The notes: generated by a model not told the origin, from the sequence alone. 64,000 nt of DNA from an uncultured Verrucomicrobiae bacterium (GCA_963788655.1 CAWBHS010000090.1:64001-128000), one strand, 5' to 3'; counted from the first letter of the stretch, positions 30,055-39,583 are shown. Translations and numbers: made by a program.

Positions 30055-31338
30055 TCAGAACACCCACTGCAACTGCACGGAGTAAACGTTGCGCTGATAA
30101 TCCCGCAACGGGTCGTTGGATTGATTTTCGGTGAACTCCCACTGTCCGGTGAGACTCCAATCACCGGTCAGTTGCCGGGATGCACTGAAACGCGTGCGCC
30201 AACGTTTGTCGTCACGGTTCAACAGCGGCGCGTTCGGATAGTCGCTCCACCGGTAACTGGCGTCAGCGCGCCAGTTCCAGTCGGGACCGAGATCGTGGCT
30301 GTAATCGGCATGAATGGTGTGTCGCGTGGGCGAATAGCTCTCCGACGCGGTGTCGCGCCGGTCATTAAGCTCGAGTTCGTAGCCGACACGGATACTGCTG
30401 CCGCTGCGATAGATCTCGTACTGGGCAAGCAGATCATGTCGTTGGCCGGTCAAATAATCGTAACGGCCGTCGAGCGTATCGATGTTCTCGAAGATATAGC
30501 GTATGTGCAGATAATGGTCTTCCGGCAATCTTCGAGTCGCCGCGGTCTCGATGCCGAACGTCCGCTGATAGTCGTCCCCGGCCAGCGTATCGTGGGCGAT
30601 ATAACCCCCGGCATAGGTACGCCAATCTCCGATCGCACCGTCCTTGCGCGCCAGCAGACGCAGCTCGGAGAAGTTGTTTTCGGTTTCGTCCTGGTAGCGC
30701 AGTCCATATAGGCTGGCGTGGACACTCAAACCATCGTCCCGCGTACCGCTCAATACGCCGCTGCCGGAGGTATACAGTTCACCGAAGGTATCGCCGCGAT
30801 AAGTGGGCATATCCGTCGGCGCGAAATTGACGTTGTCATCGTAGCCGGCGCCGAGACTGGCAAACCCGCGCCAATCATGTTTGCTCACCATGGCCCGGGG
30901 CGGACGCGGCAATTGCCGTCCTGCCAGATAGCGCAGTCGCTGGTCCTGGGTATCGTCGAAAGCCGCACGAAAGTGGCGCTGGGCTTCGCGATCCTCAGCT
31001 CGGCGTCTCGCCACCAGACCGAGGTTGTAGTGCGCCAGCGGCGCCATCTCCGGGATCGTCAATAGATGCTCGAAGCTCGACTTGGCGCGCTGGTAATCAC
31101 CAAGCCGGTAATAGGCAGACCCTAGATTGTAATAAAGTGCCGGCCGGTCGAGCCCCTCGGCGCGCGCTTGTTCGAAGGCATGCACCGCCGCGGCGTAGTC
31201 GCCCTTGCCGTAGGCGTCGACGCCCGCATGGAATTGCGCCACGGGATCGGCCCGCGCACAAACGGGCAGCAGAATGACAGCTAAGGACGCTGCGAGCAGA
31301 TTACGCGAGCAGCTTAGAGCGAAACGACCACGTGCCAT
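30055..31338 (-). CDS. TPR-containing outer-membrane beta-barrel protein (DUF560/Slam-like architecture)
   Basis: Signal peptide; TPRs (LYYNLGSAYYRLGDY, AHYNLGLV); GAGYDDNV barrel start; ends QLQWVF (BAM-type signal). Confidence 0.85.
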   Translation of the reverse strand: MARGRFALSCSRNLLAASLAVILLPVCARADPVAQFHAGVDAYGKGDYAAAVHAFEQARAEGLDRPALYYNLGSAYYRLGDYQRAKSSFEHLLTIPEMAPLAHYNLGLVARRRAEDREAQRHFRAAFDDTQDQRLRYLAGRQLPRPPRAMVSKHDWRGFASLGAGYDDNVNFAPTDMPTYRGDTFGELYTSGSGVLSGTRDDGLSVHASLYGLRYQDETENNFSELRLLARKDGAIGDWRTYAGGYIAHDTLAGDDYQRTFGIETAATRRLPEDHYLHIRYIFENIDTLDGRYDYLTGQRHDLLAQYEIYRSGSSIRVGYELELNDRRDTASESYSPTRHTIHADYSHDLGPDWNWRADASYRWSDYPNAPLLNRDDKRWRTRFSASRQLTGDWSLTGQWEFTENQSNDPLRDYQRNVYSVQLQWVF

Positions 31339-31420
31339 GCACCAAAGCCTCGAAACCCGTTCCACGAGCGGCCTCCACAATCGGTCGGCCAGCGTTCGCA
31401 ACGACCCCCGGTCCCACAGC

Positions 31421-31453
31421 AAAAAGCCTCCTCTCCCAGTTGGGAGAGGAGGT
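31421..31453 (-). terminator. Intrinsic terminator between the repeat-protein gene and the TPR-barrel gene
   Basis: Minus strand reads CCTCCTCTCCCA-AC-TGGGAGAGGAGG then CTTTTT. Confidence 0.8.
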
Positions 31454-31533
31454 TCCCCGATCGGCGACTGAAAATCCAGGCCGATCAACTCTGCCGCGCC
31501 AATCGTTCCGTCGGCTACGGCCGCTCTTGCCCT

Positions 31534-32328
31534 TTATCGCGCGCGCACGGCGCCGCCCACTTCCTGCGCCCGGTCCCGACCCGTCGTATCGGGTCGGCCT
31601 GTCGTATCGGGTCGACCTGTCGATATCGGCGGTCGGCCTCTCGTATCGGGTCGGCCTGTCGTATCGGGTCGGCCTGTCGTATCGGGTCGGCCTGTCGTAT
31701 CGGGTCGGCCTGCCGTATCGGGTCGGCCTGCCGTATCGGGTCGGCCTGCCGTATCGGGTCGGCCTGCCGTATCGGGTCGGCCTGCCGTATCGAATCGGCG
31801 TGCCGTATCGGGTCGGCCTGCCGTATCGGGTCGGCCTGCCGTATCGGGTCGGCCTGCCGTATCGGGTCGGCCTGCCGTATCGGGTCGGCCTGCCGTATCG
31901 GGTCGGCCTGCCGTATCGGGTCGGCCTGCCGTATCGGGTCGGCCTGCCGTATCGGGTCGGCCTACAGAGTCGGGTGGCCCAACCGCGTCTGGGCGCCCTG
32001 ATGTATCGGGGCGGCCGGATGTATCCGCGGGTCTCGGTACATCCGCGACCAATGGCACGCTTGGCGACGCGTGGTCGTGTTCGTCCGCCGGTGACCCTCG
32101 GGCCGCGGGCGCCTCGTCGGGGTTTTGCGCATCCCGAGACGGCGCTGACGTGCCGCCCAATTCGGCGCCGCCATCCGCCGGTAGTTCAATTCTCCGGGTT
32201 ACCGATTCGGGTCGTTCGGCATCCAAGTCGATCACCTGGATGGTCACTTCGTCCAGGTCGGCCGGCATTGCCACCGTCGGGAGCAGGACACTGATGCCCA
32301 GCAGAATTTGTCGCGCCACTTGGCTCAC
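31534..32328 (-). CDS. Secreted protein with about 25 GRPDT[A/T] hexapeptide repeats
   Basis: Signal peptide; short N-domain DLDEVTIQVID..ESVTRRIELP; lies directly after the anti-sigma gene. Confidence 0.82.
   Translation of the reverse strand: MSQVARQILLGISVLLPTVAMPADLDEVTIQVIDLDAERPESVTRRIELPADGGAELGGTSAPSRDAQNPDEAPAARGSPADEHDHASPSVPLVADVPRPADTSGRPDTSGRPDAVGPPDSVGRPDTAGRPDTAGRPDTAGRPDTAGRPDTAGRPDTAGRPDTAGRPDTAGRPDTARRFDTAGRPDTAGRPDTAGRPDTAGRPDTAGRPDTTGRPDTTGRPDTTGRPDTRGRPPISTGRPDTTGRPDTTGRDRAQEVGGAVRAR
31582..31962. repeat. 18-bp tandem repeat (VNTR), 21 core units plus about 4 degenerate units to ~32035
   Basis: Unit tg[c/t]cgtatcgggtcggcc; contiguous with no spacers. Confidence 0.97.
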
Positions 32329-32339
32329 TTGTCAGGCAC

Positions 32340-33011
32340 CTATCCCAATACGACGCCGTGACGCGATCCTTCCGAACGCTGCTCGCCGGTCACACCGAAC
32401 TGGACCCGAAAGCTGCGAGTCTTACGGTCATGAAACAAACTGACGCGCATTTCGTTGTCGCCCGCGCCGGTGGCGACCACCGGCAGCGACAGTACATTGC
32501 GGCCCTTTTGCAGATGCGTGGTCCAGCTCAAATGACGCCGGCCCGGATAGCCGATCAATTGGACGTTTTCCGGCACCCGCATGCTGACTTCGACTGCCGC
32601 CATATCCTCCGGGGCATCGATCACCAATCCCACGGTGCGCACCTGATTCAGCGCCAGGTTCAGCTTCGCCGCCACCGGCGTATGGGGACCAAGCAATACC
32701 AACGCGCTCCAAACTGCGACAGTGGCGACCATGGCACTTGCGAACCCTACGCCGAACCAGCGCTGACGGGAGGACAGCCGGCCGCTGCGGTTGCTTCTGC
32801 GGGCAGCGCGCAATGCACGTTTGGCGAACCCGGGCCGGGGCTGGGGCACGGCCAGGTTGCGCAAAGCGACCCGCAACCGCAGCTCGTCCGCCACCGCCGA
32901 CCGACATTCGCGACAGTGGCGCAGATGAGTATCGATGGCGACATCCGCCGCGTCCGGGAGCGCGCCCGCGGCGTAGTCATCGAACAGCGCTCGTGTCTCG
33001 TCACAATTCAT
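32340..33011 (-). CDS. Zinc-finger (zf-HC2) membrane-anchored anti-sigma factor
   Basis: MNC..HLRHCREC (HxxxCxxC); one TM; periplasmic beta-rich domain. Confidence 0.9.
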   Translation of the reverse strand: MNCDETRALFDDYAAGALPDAADVAIDTHLRHCRECRSAVADELRLRVALRNLAVPQPRPGFAKRALRAARRSNRSGRLSSRQRWFGVGFASAMVATVAVWSALVLLGPHTPVAAKLNLALNQVRTVGLVIDAPEDMAAVEVSMRVPENVQLIGYPGRRHLSWTTHLQKGRNVLSLPVVATGAGDNEMRVSLFHDRKTRSFRVQFGVTGEQRSEGSRHGVVLG

Positions 33012-33022
33012 GGTGGGTCCCC

Positions 33023-33610
33023 TTACCCGATTAAACGCTGACGCGCGGGAAAAGGTTCCACCGATTTTGGTCCGGTTTCAAGTTGTTGACGCAATTGGGA
33101 GTGAGCGCGATTGAGGCGGGACTTCAACGTGCCCAGGGGAGCGCCAAGCACGTCCTGCAATTCCGCCAGGGTATAACCCTCTATGTCGTGCAGGATTACC
33201 ACCGCGCGCTGATCGGAATTGAGGTGTCCGAGAGCACGGGACAGGCGTTGGTGAAGATCGTCAGTTTCCGCTGCGGCTTCGGGCCCCGGCGCGGGATGGG
33301 TGCATTGGTCGGCGTCCGTGGCATCGGCCAGAGGGCGCACCACCGGTGATCGGGCCATGCTCCGGCAGCGGTCGATATACATGCGATACAGGACCCGCGC
33401 CAACCATGGTCGCAGCTGCTCCAACTCCCGGAGTTCGGCCGTGCGCGGATACAGTTTGGCCAGCAGATCCTGCACCAGGTCTTCGGCGTCGTCCTGATTG
33501 CCGGCGAAGTGGTACGCAAGCCGGAACAGATAGCCCACATGGGGCTCAAGCAACGCCTCGAATGAGTGCTCGCCGCATACGATTCGTGTCCAAAGCTTTT
33601 GCAGTCCCAT
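33023..33610 (-). CDS. ECF-family RNA polymerase sigma factor
   Basis: DAEDLVQD, WLARVL and LHDIEGYTLAE..GTLKSRLNRA motifs. Confidence 0.95.
   Translation of the reverse strand: MGLQKLWTRIVCGEHSFEALLEPHVGYLFRLAYHFAGNQDDAEDLVQDLLAKLYPRTAELRELEQLRPWLARVLYRMYIDRCRSMARSPVVRPLADATDADQCTHPAPGPEAAAETDDLHQRLSRALGHLNSDQRAVVILHDIEGYTLAELQDVLGAPLGTLKSRLNRAHSQLRQQLETGPKSVEPFPARQRLIG
33032..33059 (-). promoter_or_regulatory. ECF-type promoter inside the sigma gene 3' end, facing the anti-sigma gene
   Basis: GGAACC-N16-CGTTTA on the minus strand, about 20 nt before the anti-sigma ATG. Confidence 0.6.
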
Positions 33611-33808
33611 TTTTGTTTGCGTTTTGACGTTGTTATGCTGCGAAAAGAACAAGTGTCGGCGCTCCCCGCGCGGATCGCTTAACGCCCAGTATAGGCGGCA
33701 TACACGATTCGCCAGTGTGGACTGACAGGCGGTCGGTTGCGTGCGGTCTGAAGGAGCGCCGAATCAACGCGCTGCGGGATTTTGACTACGGTAAAACGAT
33801 CTTCCGGG

Positions 33809-35056
33809 GTGAGAAAAGTGCGCGTCGCAACGTTTTCCTCCGTCTTGTTACTGGCGCTCCTTTGCAGCTGTGGCGAGCGGGACGGAGCGCGGCCGCCGAT
33901 ACTCAAGTGGTATGTGTTCGACGAGCCTTCCGGTGCGTTTGCCGAAGCGGCTCGACACTGCTCGCAAGCCTCCGATGGCGCCTACCGGATCGTCCCCGAG
34001 GCCTTACCCGCCGACGCCGACCAGCAACGGGAACAATTGGTGCGGCGCCTGGCAGCCGCTGATCCGGACATCGATATCATCGGCATGGACGTGATCTGGA
34101 CCGCGGAGTTCGCCGCCGCCGGCTGGGTGCTGCCCTGGCCCAAGACTCGCGCCGCCAAAATCCGCAAAGGACGATTGCAGTCAGCGATCCGTAGCGCCCG
34201 CTACGACGACCGCCTCTGGGCCGCCCCGTACACCAGCAATACCCAGTTGCTGTGGTATCGCAGCGACCGTGTCGACCGCCCGCCCCATACCTGGCAGGCG
34301 ATGCTGCGGCAAGCCGAAGCGCTCGGGCCCGATGGCACCATCGAGGCCCAGGGCCAACGCTACGAAGGTTTGACGGTGTTGTTCACTTCGCTTTTGGCAT
34401 CGGCCGGCGGACGGGTATTGAACGAAGACGGCACGCAAGTGTCATTGGCGCGTGCGCCCACGCGCAAGGCGCTGCAACTGATGCGTCGCCTGGCCGCCTC
34501 CCCCGCCGCGGACCCCAATCTGGCGGCGGCGCGGGAAGACGATGCCCGGCTGGCTTTCGAAACCGGCAATGCCAGCTTCATGCTCAACTACTCCTTTGTC
34601 TGGCCCAGCGCCCAAGCCAATGCGCCGCAAGTGGCGGCGCACATGGGCTGGGCACGCTGGCCTGCGGTGTTCGCCGATCGCCCCAGCCGCGTCACCCTGG
34701 GCGGCATAAACCTCGGCGTAGGTGCATTCAGCCGCCATCCGCGCCTGGCCTTCGCGGCGGCGTCGTGCCTTGCCGATGCCGACAACCAGCGGCTGGCGGC
34801 CGTCCGCGGCGGCCTACCGCCCACGCTGGTGGCCCTGTACGACGATCCCGAGATACGAGCGCGCTTCCCGTTCGCCGACACCTTGCGCGCGACGCTGCGC
34901 GATGCGGTGCAACGGCCGCAGACACCGTTCTACAACGACGTCTCCCTCGCCATCAGCCACACACTGCATCCCATGCGCGACATTGATCCCGATCGCGATG
35001 TGAACCGGCTGCGCAAAGCCATCAGCCGTGCCCTCGCCTCGGAAGGCTTATTGTGA
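33809..35056 (+). CDS. Sugar ABC transporter substrate-binding lipoprotein (LpqY-like)
   Basis: Lipobox-like LCSC; ADQQREQLVRRLAA.D..IDIIGMDVIWTAEFA, QLLWYR and GGINLGV motifs. Confidence 0.9.
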   Translation: MRKVRVATFSSVLLLALLCSCGERDGARPPILKWYVFDEPSGAFAEAARHCSQASDGAYRIVPEALPADADQQREQLVRRLAAADPDIDIIGMDVIWTAEFAAAGWVLPWPKTRAAKIRKGRLQSAIRSARYDDRLWAAPYTSNTQLLWYRSDRVDRPPHTWQAMLRQAEALGPDGTIEAQGQRYEGLTVLFTSLLASAGGRVLNEDGTQVSLARAPTRKALQLMRRLAASPAADPNLAAAREDDARLAFETGNASFMLNYSFVWPSAQANAPQVAAHMGWARWPAVFADRPSRVTLGGINLGVGAFSRHPRLAFAAASCLADADNQRLAAVRGGLPPTLVALYDDPEIRARFPFADTLRATLRDAVQRPQTPFYNDVSLAISHTLHPMRDIDPDRDVNRLRKAISRALASEGLL

Positions 35057-35913
35057 AGCAACACCGGCTGGGACTGGTGCTGTGTGCGCCGGCGCTGTCG
35101 GTCATGATCGCGGTTACGGCTTATCCGTTGGCCTACGCGCTTTGGCTGTCCTTGCAGCGCTATGATCTGCGCTTTCCCGACCAACGCGCGTTCGTCGGCC
35201 TGGACAACTATCTCAGCGTGTTGAGTTCGCCGGTTTGGTGGCGCTCGCTCGTCAACACCGGTCTCATCACCCTCGGCTCGGTAACACTCGAACTGTGGTT
35301 GGGCATGCTATTGGCCTTGCTCATGCACCGCATCGTATTCGGCCGCCGCACGGTGCGCGCGGTGCTCTTGATTCCCTACGGCATCATTACCGTGGTCGCC
35401 GCGCTGGCGTGGAAATTCGCCTTCGATCCCACCACGGGTTTCGTCAACGGCCTCCTCGGGCTCGATCACGCCTGGCTGACCCAGCGCTGGTCGGCGTTCG
35501 CGGTCATCATTCTCACCGAATTGTGGAAGACCACACCGTTCATGGCGCTGCTGCTGCTCGCGGGACTCAGCCAGATACCCGCGGACCTGTTGCGCGCAGC
35601 GCGGGTGGACGGCGCCAACGGCTGGCAGCGATTCACGGGTATCACGTTGCCGCTGTTGAAACCGGCGATCCTGGTGGCGCTGTTGTTCCGCACCCTCGAC
35701 GCGTTTCGCATCTTCGATACTGTATTCGTGCAAACCCGCGGCGCCGCCGATACCGAGACGGTGTCCATGTTGGGCTACGACGCGCTGACGGTGCGCCTGA
35801 ACCTCGGCATCGGCGCGGCGGTATCGGTGCTGATTTTTCTGTGTGTGGTGTTGATCGCCGTCGCGTTCCTGAAGGGCTTCGCCACGCCGTTCGCGTCCGG
35901 AGAGAATCGATGA
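35053..35913 (+). CDS. Sugar ABC transporter permease (SugA-like)
   Basis: FVGLDNY, WKTTPF, AARVDGA and [11 protein letters not shown] motifs. Confidence 0.93.
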   Translation: MKQHRLGLVLCAPALSVMIAVTAYPLAYALWLSLQRYDLRFPDQRAFVGLDNYLSVLSSPVWWRSLVNTGLITLGSVTLELWLGMLLALLMHRIVFGRRTVRAVLLIPYGIITVVAALAWKFAFDPTTGFVNGLLGLDHAWLTQRWSAFAVIILTELWKTTPFMALLLLAGLSQIPADLLRAARVDGANGWQRFTGITLPLLKPAILVALLFRTLDAFRIFDTVFVQTRGAADTETVSMLGYDALTVRLNLGIGAAVSVLIFLCVVLIAVAFLKGFATPFASGENR

Positions 35914-36737
35914 TACGCACACGGCAAGGTTGGCTCTGGGGCGCGGTCACGGGCGCTGTGATGGTGTATGCGCTGGTGCCGGTGCTGTGGCTGATATCGT
36001 TGTCGTTGAAGCCGGCCGCGCAGCTGGGCGATGGCCACTTTTTTCCGCGCACGCTGGATTTTTCCAACTATCGCGCCGTACTCAACGATGCGCAGTTTCC
36101 GGCAGCGCTGTGGAACTCCATCGGCATCGGCTTGTTGTCGACGCTGTTTGCCGTGGTGCTGGCGATGTTTGCCGCCTACGCCCTGGCGCGGCTCGCCTTT
36201 CCCGGCAAGCGATGGCTCTTGGGCGGCGTTCTGGCGGTGGCGATGTTTCCGCCCGTCGCCATCATCGGCCCGTTGTTCGATGTCTGGCGCTCGCTCGGGC
36301 TCTATGACACCTGGGCCGGATTGATTCTGCCCTACATGAGCTTCGCCCTGCCCCTGGCAATCTGGATTCTGACTGCGTTCTTCCGCGAACTGCCATGGGA
36401 ACTGGAACAGGCGGCACGGGTCGACGGCGCCACCCCGCTGCAGGCGTTCGTGAAAGTAATCGCGCCCTTGGCGGCACCCGGGATATTCACCGCCGCCATT
36501 CTCGTCTTCATTTTTGCCTGGAACGATTTTCTGTTCGCAGCCGCACTGACCTCCACCGACAACGCACGCACGGTACCGGCGGCGATCGCCTTCTTCACCG
36601 GCAGTTCCCGGTTCGCACAACCCACCGGCAGCATTGCCGCTGCTTCCGTGATCGTCACCGTCCCCGTGGCCTTGGTGGTGCTGTTGTTCCAGCGCCGTAT
36701 CGTCGCCGGCCTCACCGCCGGTGCGGTTAAGGGTTGA
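35910..36737 (+). CDS. Sugar ABC transporter permease (SugB-like)
   Basis: [18 protein letters not shown] and GLTAGAVKG motifs; ATGA overlap. Confidence 0.93.
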   Translation: MIRTRQGWLWGAVTGAVMVYALVPVLWLISLSLKPAAQLGDGHFFPRTLDFSNYRAVLNDAQFPAALWNSIGIGLLSTLFAVVLAMFAAYALARLAFPGKRWLLGGVLAVAMFPPVAIIGPLFDVWRSLGLYDTWAGLILPYMSFALPLAIWILTAFFRELPWELEQAARVDGATPLQAFVKVIAPLAAPGIFTAAILVFIFAWNDFLFAAALTSTDNARTVPAAIAFFTGSSRFAQPTGSIAAASVIVTVPVALVVLLFQRRIVAGLTAGAVKG

Positions 36738-36742
36738 CGTCA

Positions 36743-37825
36743 ATGGCAGGAATCACACTGGAGCGCGTCAGCAAACAGTTCAACGACGGCACGGTCGCGG
36801 TACGCGATGTCAGTCTGGAAATTCAACCTGGGGAGTTGTTCGTGCTGGTGGGGCCATCCGGCTGCGGCAAATCGACGTTGCTGAATCTGATCGTCGGCCT
36901 GGATGCAGTCAGCGCAGGAGCAATCCGCGTCGACGGCCGGATGGTCAACGAACTGGACCCCAAGGACCGCAACATGGCCATGGTGTTCCAAAGCTACGCG
37001 ATCTATCCGCATATGACTGTCGGCGAGAACCTGGCCTTTCCGCTCAAGCTCGCCAAGCGCCCCCCGGCGGAAATTCAACGTCGAGTGCAAGAGGTCGCCG
37101 CGTTGCTCGAGCTCGATGCGCTGCTGCAGCGCCGACCGGCGACCTTGTCCGGAGGACAGCGGCAACGGGTGGCCATGGGTCGGGCCATCGTCCGCCAGCC
37201 GGCGGCATTCCTCATGGACGAACCGCTGTCCAATCTCGACGCGCAATTGCGCACGCAGATGCGTCATGAAATCGCGCAACTGCAACGCCGTCTGGGCGTC
37301 ACCATGGTCTATGTCACCCATGACCAGACTGAAGCCATGACCCTTGCCGACCGGATGGCGGTGTTGCAGCACGGTATCGTGCAACAGGTGGGCGCACCGC
37401 GGGAACTCTACCAGCGGCCTGCCAATCGCTTCATCGCCGAATTCATCGGCACACCGGCCATCAATCTGCTGCCGGCGCAGATGCGTGACGGCCGGCTGCA
37501 GCTGCCGATGTTGACGCTACCCATGGACGCAGCGCCGGCGAGCGCGAAAGGTTGTGCCAGCGTGCTGGCCGGCATTCGCGCCGAACATTTCCTCGCCGCC
37601 GACACCAACCCGGGGCTGCCGCACTTCACGGCGCAGATCGCGTTTACGGAATGGCTCGGTGCCGAGCAATACGCATATTTCCATGTTTCCGACACTGGCG
37701 CCGACCGACAGTGCATAGCCCGTTTATCTGGCGATTCCATCCTGCGGCCCGGCGACGCACTCGAGCTTGCCGTCGACCCGCAACAGCTGCACTGGTTCGA
37801 CGCCGAGAGCGGCGAACGTTTGTAG
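36743..37825 (+). CDS. Sugar ABC transporter ATP-binding protein (SugC/MalK-like)
   Basis: GPSGCGKST, LSGGQRQRVAMGR, DEPLSNLD and YVTHDQ motifs. Confidence 0.95.
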   Translation: MAGITLERVSKQFNDGTVAVRDVSLEIQPGELFVLVGPSGCGKSTLLNLIVGLDAVSAGAIRVDGRMVNELDPKDRNMAMVFQSYAIYPHMTVGENLAFPLKLAKRPPAEIQRRVQEVAALLELDALLQRRPATLSGGQRQRVAMGRAIVRQPAAFLMDEPLSNLDAQLRTQMRHEIAQLQRRLGVTMVYVTHDQTEAMTLADRMAVLQHGIVQQVGAPRELYQRPANRFIAEFIGTPAINLLPAQMRDGRLQLPMLTLPMDAAPASAKGCASVLAGIRAEHFLAADTNPGLPHFTAQIAFTEWLGAEQYAYFHVSDTGADRQCIARLSGDSILRPGDALELAVDPQQLHWFDAESGERL

Positions 37826-37998
37826 CGGGCGGCGGCGCGACGCCGGCATGGGTTGCGTCGTCGGTACCGGTTTCCAATCCTACGCCTAACCACCAGGGCT
37901 CTCGAAATGCGGCGCCCGTCACAACGCCGGTGGGGAATTCAGAATCGTGGGCGACGGCCGCTAACCCGGCTGTTAGGGATTCACTTCAGGGGAAAGCG

Positions 37999-38586
37999 AT
38001 GAACACGACATCGACCGTCGGCATCGTGCTGCTATTGGCGGCATTGCTGCTGCTCGCCTACGGCGTAGTGATCTACAACCGCCTGGTGGCATTGAAGCAC
38101 AATGTCTCCAAATCCTGGGCCAATATCGACGTGTTGCTCAAACAACGTCACGACGAACTGCCCAAGCTGGTGGAGACCTGCAAACAATACATGGGCTACG
38201 AGCAGGAAACCCTGCGCCAGGTGATGGCGGCGCGCAGCGCCGTGCATCGCGCGCGCGAGGACGGTGACGTGCAAAGCCTGGGCAGCGCCGAAACGGTGTT
38301 GCACAAGGGGCTGATGAATCTGTTCGCGCTCGCGGAATCCTATCCGGAACTGAAAGCCAACCAGAGTTTCCAGAATCTGCAGACGCGGATCAGCGCCCTG
38401 GAAGACAGCGTCGCCGATCGGCGCGAGTTCTATAACGAGGCGGTCAACAACCACAACGTGCGTATCGAGCAGTTCCCGGACTTGATCGTCGCACGCCGGT
38501 TCCGGTTCCGCCGGTTCACGCTGTTGCAAGTGGAAGCCGCGGCCAAACAGGACGTCGATCTGGCGGCGCTGTTCGCCGGCTCCTGA
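37999..38586 (+). CDS. lemA: LemA family protein
   Basis: N-terminal TM; YNRLV..WANIDVLLKQRHD, AESYPELKAN and RREFYNEAV..FP motifs. Confidence 0.93.
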   Translation: MNTTSTVGIVLLLAALLLLAYGVVIYNRLVALKHNVSKSWANIDVLLKQRHDELPKLVETCKQYMGYEQETLRQVMAARSAVHRAREDGDVQSLGSAETVLHKGLMNLFALAESYPELKANQSFQNLQTRISALEDSVADRREFYNEAVNNHNVRIEQFPDLIVARRFRFRRFTLLQVEAAAKQDVDLAALFAGS

Positions 38587-38602
38587 CCCCGGCGGCCGGG
38601 CC

Positions 38603-39508
38603 ATGCACGTCGCCGAATATTGGTTGATGGTGCTGTTCCTCAGCGGCGTAGCCGGCGCCGCGTTCTGGTTCATCTGGAACCGCTGGCGTCGCGCCCGTCT
38701 GGTCGACGATATTCCCACCGCCAAGATCCGCTCGGCGCCGCAAGGCTACGCCGAGTTATGCGGCCGCGCCGTATTCAGCGACGATCTGTGGACCGCCAGT
38801 CCGCTGAGCGGCCGGCGTTGTCTCTGGTTCCGGTACAAAATCGAGCAACGCAGCCACGACGTACGGGGCCGCAAAGGCTGGCGCACGCTGCACGCCGATT
38901 GCAGCGAGACACCGTTTCTCGTCGTCGACGACACTGGCCGCTGCATCGTCGATCCCCGCGGCGCCGAAGTCACCAGCAGCCACAAACAAACCTGGTACGG
39001 CGACCACCAGTGGCCGACAGGTGCTCCGCGCCCAAATCCCACGCTGACACTGTTCGGCGTCCCGCTCGCGGCGGGCGGCCGATACCGCTACACCGAAGAA
39101 CTGCTGCTGGAAGGCGACCTTTATGCGCTCGGCTGGTTCCAAACCGCAGGCTCCGCGCAGCGTTCCGTGAATGCCCGCGTCGGCGAACTGCTGCGATCCT
39201 GGAAAGCCGACCAACCGCAACTGATCCGTCGCTTCGACCGCAACGGCAATCGACACATTGATGCCGACGAGTGGCAACAGGCTCGCGACGCGGCTCTGGC
39301 GCACGTGCTGCAACAACAGGTTTCGCAACGGGCAGGGGAATCAAAGCACACCCTGAGCCGGCCGGCGGACAAACGCTTTCCGTTTCTGTTGTCCGACCAG
39401 GCTGCGCGCGATCTGGCGCAGCGCTATCGCACCCAGGCACGGGCAGCACTGGTCCTGTTTGGCGCTTCGTCTCTGGTCGTGCTCTGGTTGCTCGGCCAAC
39501 GGACATAG
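38603..39508 (+). CDS. GIDE-domain membrane protein with an EF-hand-like loop
   Basis: TM at both ends; D.PTAKIRSAPQGYAEL.G, DDTG...VDPRGAEV, RYRYTEE and FDRNGNRHIDADEW. Confidence 0.8.
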   Translation: MHVAEYWLMVLFLSGVAGAAFWFIWNRWRRARLVDDIPTAKIRSAPQGYAELCGRAVFSDDLWTASPLSGRRCLWFRYKIEQRSHDVRGRKGWRTLHADCSETPFLVVDDTGRCIVDPRGAEVTSSHKQTWYGDHQWPTGAPRPNPTLTLFGVPLAAGGRYRYTEELLLEGDLYALGWFQTAGSAQRSVNARVGELLRSWKADQPQLIRRFDRNGNRHIDADEWQQARDAALAHVLQQQVSQRAGESKHTLSRPADKRFPFLLSDQAARDLAQRYRTQARAALVLFGASSLVVLWLLGQRT

Positions 39509-39554
39509 GACACCGCGCACCCTTGCCCAGATCACACACCCCGCCTGGCTATTA

Positions 39555-39583
39555 TTGACAATGCGAATCGTTCGCATTATTGT
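39555..39583 (+). promoter_or_regulatory. Sigma70 promoter with an overlapping Fur-box-like palindrome
   Basis: TTGACA-N17-TATTGT with AATGCGAATCGTTCGCATT (39560-39578) across the spacer. Confidence 0.75.

Noticed and set aside
31582..31962. CRISPR array
   Set aside because: Units are contiguous 18-mers with no unique spacers, no cas genes are present, and the array is in frame inside a signal-peptide-bearing CDS.
31332..32294. Plus-strand 320-aa ORF of YRVGLP repeats
   Set aside because: Antisense shadow of the repeat. The minus-strand ORF has a signal peptide, operon context and a terminator.
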